A DNA stretch of 64,000 nucleotides from a virus, in the IMG/VR virus record IMGVR_UViG_3300024999_001421. One strand, written 5' to 3'. A program made the translations under genes and the position numbers. Numbering within the stretch: the first letter of the stretch is position 1; each line of letters begins with the position of its first letter. This document shows positions 62,049-64,000 of the stretch, piece after piece. Under the pieces are notes generated by a model. It was not told the DNA's origin, did not search any database, and saw nothing but the letters and a program-made list of their open reading frames with translations.

Positions 62049-62288
62049 TTGAATCTAAAGTTGGTCGGGCAGAACATTTGCCGACTAAGAAAGAAAAAGG
62101 GTATTCTGCAATCGACACTATCTGAGTTAACTGGATTAACTCAATCTAATATATCTAATATCGAAAACGGTAATACGAGCGATATTTACTTAGGCACCAT
62201 AGCCAAAATTGCTATCGCCTTAGACTGCAAAATATCTGACTTAACTTGGGAGTCTGGTTATAAATCAGATGTGCCAGAAATAGTATAG
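62049..62288 (+). CDS. Cro-like XRE regulator
   Basis: HTH QSTLSELTGLTQSNISNIENG; divergent from the repressor. Confidence 0.85.
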   Translation: MNLKLVGQNICRLRKKKGILQSTLSELTGLTQSNISNIENGNTSDIYLGTIAKIAIALDCKISDLTWESGYKSDVPEIV

Positions 62289-62358
62289 CATACTTTTAGA
62301 AATAAAAGTGCAATTATAGGCATTTGTAAAAGTTTTTTATAACCGGGTGGATGCCCGG

Positions 62359-62526
62359 TTATTCCTTAACTAACTCTCTAACTTTCTTAATATTACTATC
62401 AACATATTTTCTAATTGCATTTTCTAATTCCTCAGTAACAGATTTATTATTCACCGCAGCAATCATCTTTAACTTTTGCATCAATTCAGCATCTAAGTTT
62501 AAACTGGTTTTTAGTTTGTCGGCCAT
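62359..62526 (-). CDS. RHH protein (55 aa)
   Basis: MADKLKTSLNLDAELMQKLKMIAAVNNKSVTEELENAIRKY; not in the ORF track. Confidence 0.7.
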   Translation of the reverse strand: MADKLKTSLNLDAELMQKLKMIAAVNNKSVTEELENAIRKYVDSNIKKVRELVKE

Positions 62527-62867
62527 TATATCACGCCCCTATAAAATTATTAGAATAATTTTATTATATACTGAAAAAAAGCTATTGACAAGGTGAGGAT
62601 ATACGGTTATACTTCAAGTATGGATTGGCAAAGATTGCACATTGAAGAAACATACATATAAACTTCTATGGAGGTATGTAAAATGGTAAAATGTAGAAGC
62701 GACTGAAACCTGCCAGTTAGTTAGAAAAAATAACCGGGGGCGGGAAAATGATTAAATGTAGGAGCGATTGAGCAACCAAAGATCATACACAAACTAAATT
62801 CTACGAAGGAGGCAGAAGATAGCATGGTAGTACGGAGCGCATATATCATAGCAACTAACTTGAGAGG

Positions 62868-63050
62868 TTGACGCTTATGCGACATAAGGAAGCCAAGTGT
62901 AGTAAGTGCAAAAAACTGCTCGGTAAATATAGTATAGCGCAGGATTTAGAGATTCAATGTCCGCGCTGCAAGACTTTAAACGTATATAACAGTAGTCTAC
63001 AATTGAATATAAATTTAAACCCAGAGAACCTTAGAGTACCAGCGGTTTAA
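62868..63050 (+). CDS. Mu Com-like zinc-finger protein
   Basis: CSKCKKLL.......EIQCPRCKTLN. Confidence 0.8.
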   Translation: MTLMRHKEAKCSKCKKLLGKYSIAQDLEIQCPRCKTLNVYNSSLQLNINLNPENLRVPAV

Positions 63051-63116
63051 ACTTCGAGAGAGCCTTTGAGCACCGGTGAAGTTTAACTACTGGTACTCTT
63101 TTTATGTGTTCGGGAG

Positions 63117-63362
63117 GTGATAAAAATAAGCGGATCTATAAGAAAGATAGACCCGACAGGGCGTGTTGTTATGCCGGCTGGTTTCAGAGAACAACTTGGC
63201 TGGAAACTTGGTGACGAGGTTGAGATTTACATACTGGGCAATGAGATATTAGTCAAGGCACATCGACCGGGTTGCTATTTGTGCGGAGCGCAAAGCGACT
63301 TAAGACCGTACAGAGGATATTTAATATGCCAGGGATGCCGGGGCGATATAGGGGCATTGTAG
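63117..63362 (+). CDS. AbrB-family regulator with C-terminal zinc motif
   Basis: RKID..GRVVMP..FR..LG...GD.VEI...CYLCG...ICQGC. Confidence 0.88.
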   Translation: MIKISGSIRKIDPTGRVVMPAGFREQLGWKLGDEVEIYILGNEILVKAHRPGCYLCGAQSDLRPYRGYLICQGCRGDIGAL

Positions 63363-63394
63363 GGATTGATTAAAATTATTTTGGCGGTGAGAAT

Positions 63395-63742
63395 TTGAAA
63401 CTTTTAGAGCAAGATTGTTTTGCAATTAGATTTAAGGATGGAACATACCGATCAGCATCATATAATTCCCTTTCCTCGTGTGGTGACATTTCCAGGGCAA
63501 TGAAATATCTCTATTTAGAAGACGTAAAAGATGCTTCCGACGATCTTAATAGACTTGACCGTAAGTGTGAGATTATACCTATTAGAGTAACCATAACTGA
63601 GATTAAGAAACGTGAACTGCTCTGTTACTTCATGAACCCGATATACGGAAATGGCTGGGATTTAAGGGCAGATGAAAGTATGAAGCATTACTGGTTATCA
63701 ATAATGCCTTATGATGGTTGTTTTGGCGCATTAACAGATTGA
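63395..63742 (+). CDS. Hypothetical protein
   Basis: ORF in operon. Confidence 0.5.
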   Translation: MKLLEQDCFAIRFKDGTYRSASYNSLSSCGDISRAMKYLYLEDVKDASDDLNRLDRKCEIIPIRVTITEIKKRELLCYFMNPIYGNGWDLRADESMKHYWLSIMPYDGCFGALTD

Positions 63743-64000
63743 AAGTGGGCGTATCGGTGAAAATACCAATAGTAGAAACCTGCGCTAACTGCAAGTTTTG
63801 GGAACCAGTAGAAGGAAACATACCGTTTAAATGCACCAAACACGGCATAAAGTTTTTCACGCCGGGGTTTAATCCGTGTTATTCATTTGAGGCGAGGGAG
63901 GACAAGCAGGATGTTTAAAGAGTGGGATCGGGTTATTGTTGATGTTTTATACTTAGGTGTCTGTGACGAAAAAGGTACTGTTTTAGGTAATATTAATGAT

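Overview
64 kb of a ~40% GC tailed phage, probably temperate, infecting a spore-forming Firmicute (Clostridia-like ribosome-binding sites, sigmaA and sigmaH promoters, Spo0A and AbrB homologues). Layout: replication and nucleotide metabolism (1-10.4 kb, +); a leftward early operon of ~20 tiny ORFs (10.5-16.4 kb); packaging and podovirus-like virion genes with no tape measure (18.2-44.7 kb); RepA_N initiator and antirepressor; lysis; an ncRNA/anti-defence island (50.2-52.9 kb); FtsK plus replication-relaxation genes; a Par-like protein and the immunity switch. No integrase is visible. The most notable features are RNA-level. The early operon is punctuated by two hammerhead ribozymes flanking one ORF and about nine related RNase III-like hairpins. 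The island holds two tRNAs, a tRNA-like RNA whose anticodon loop is replaced by a ~100-nt branched domain, and two candidate sRNAs. Also seen: a dispersed WACC-N6-GGTW operator regulon, two candidate small-protein antitermination circuits (DUF2292, Com) and a ThyX lacking its signature arginines. All family calls are by motif recognition only; no searches were run.
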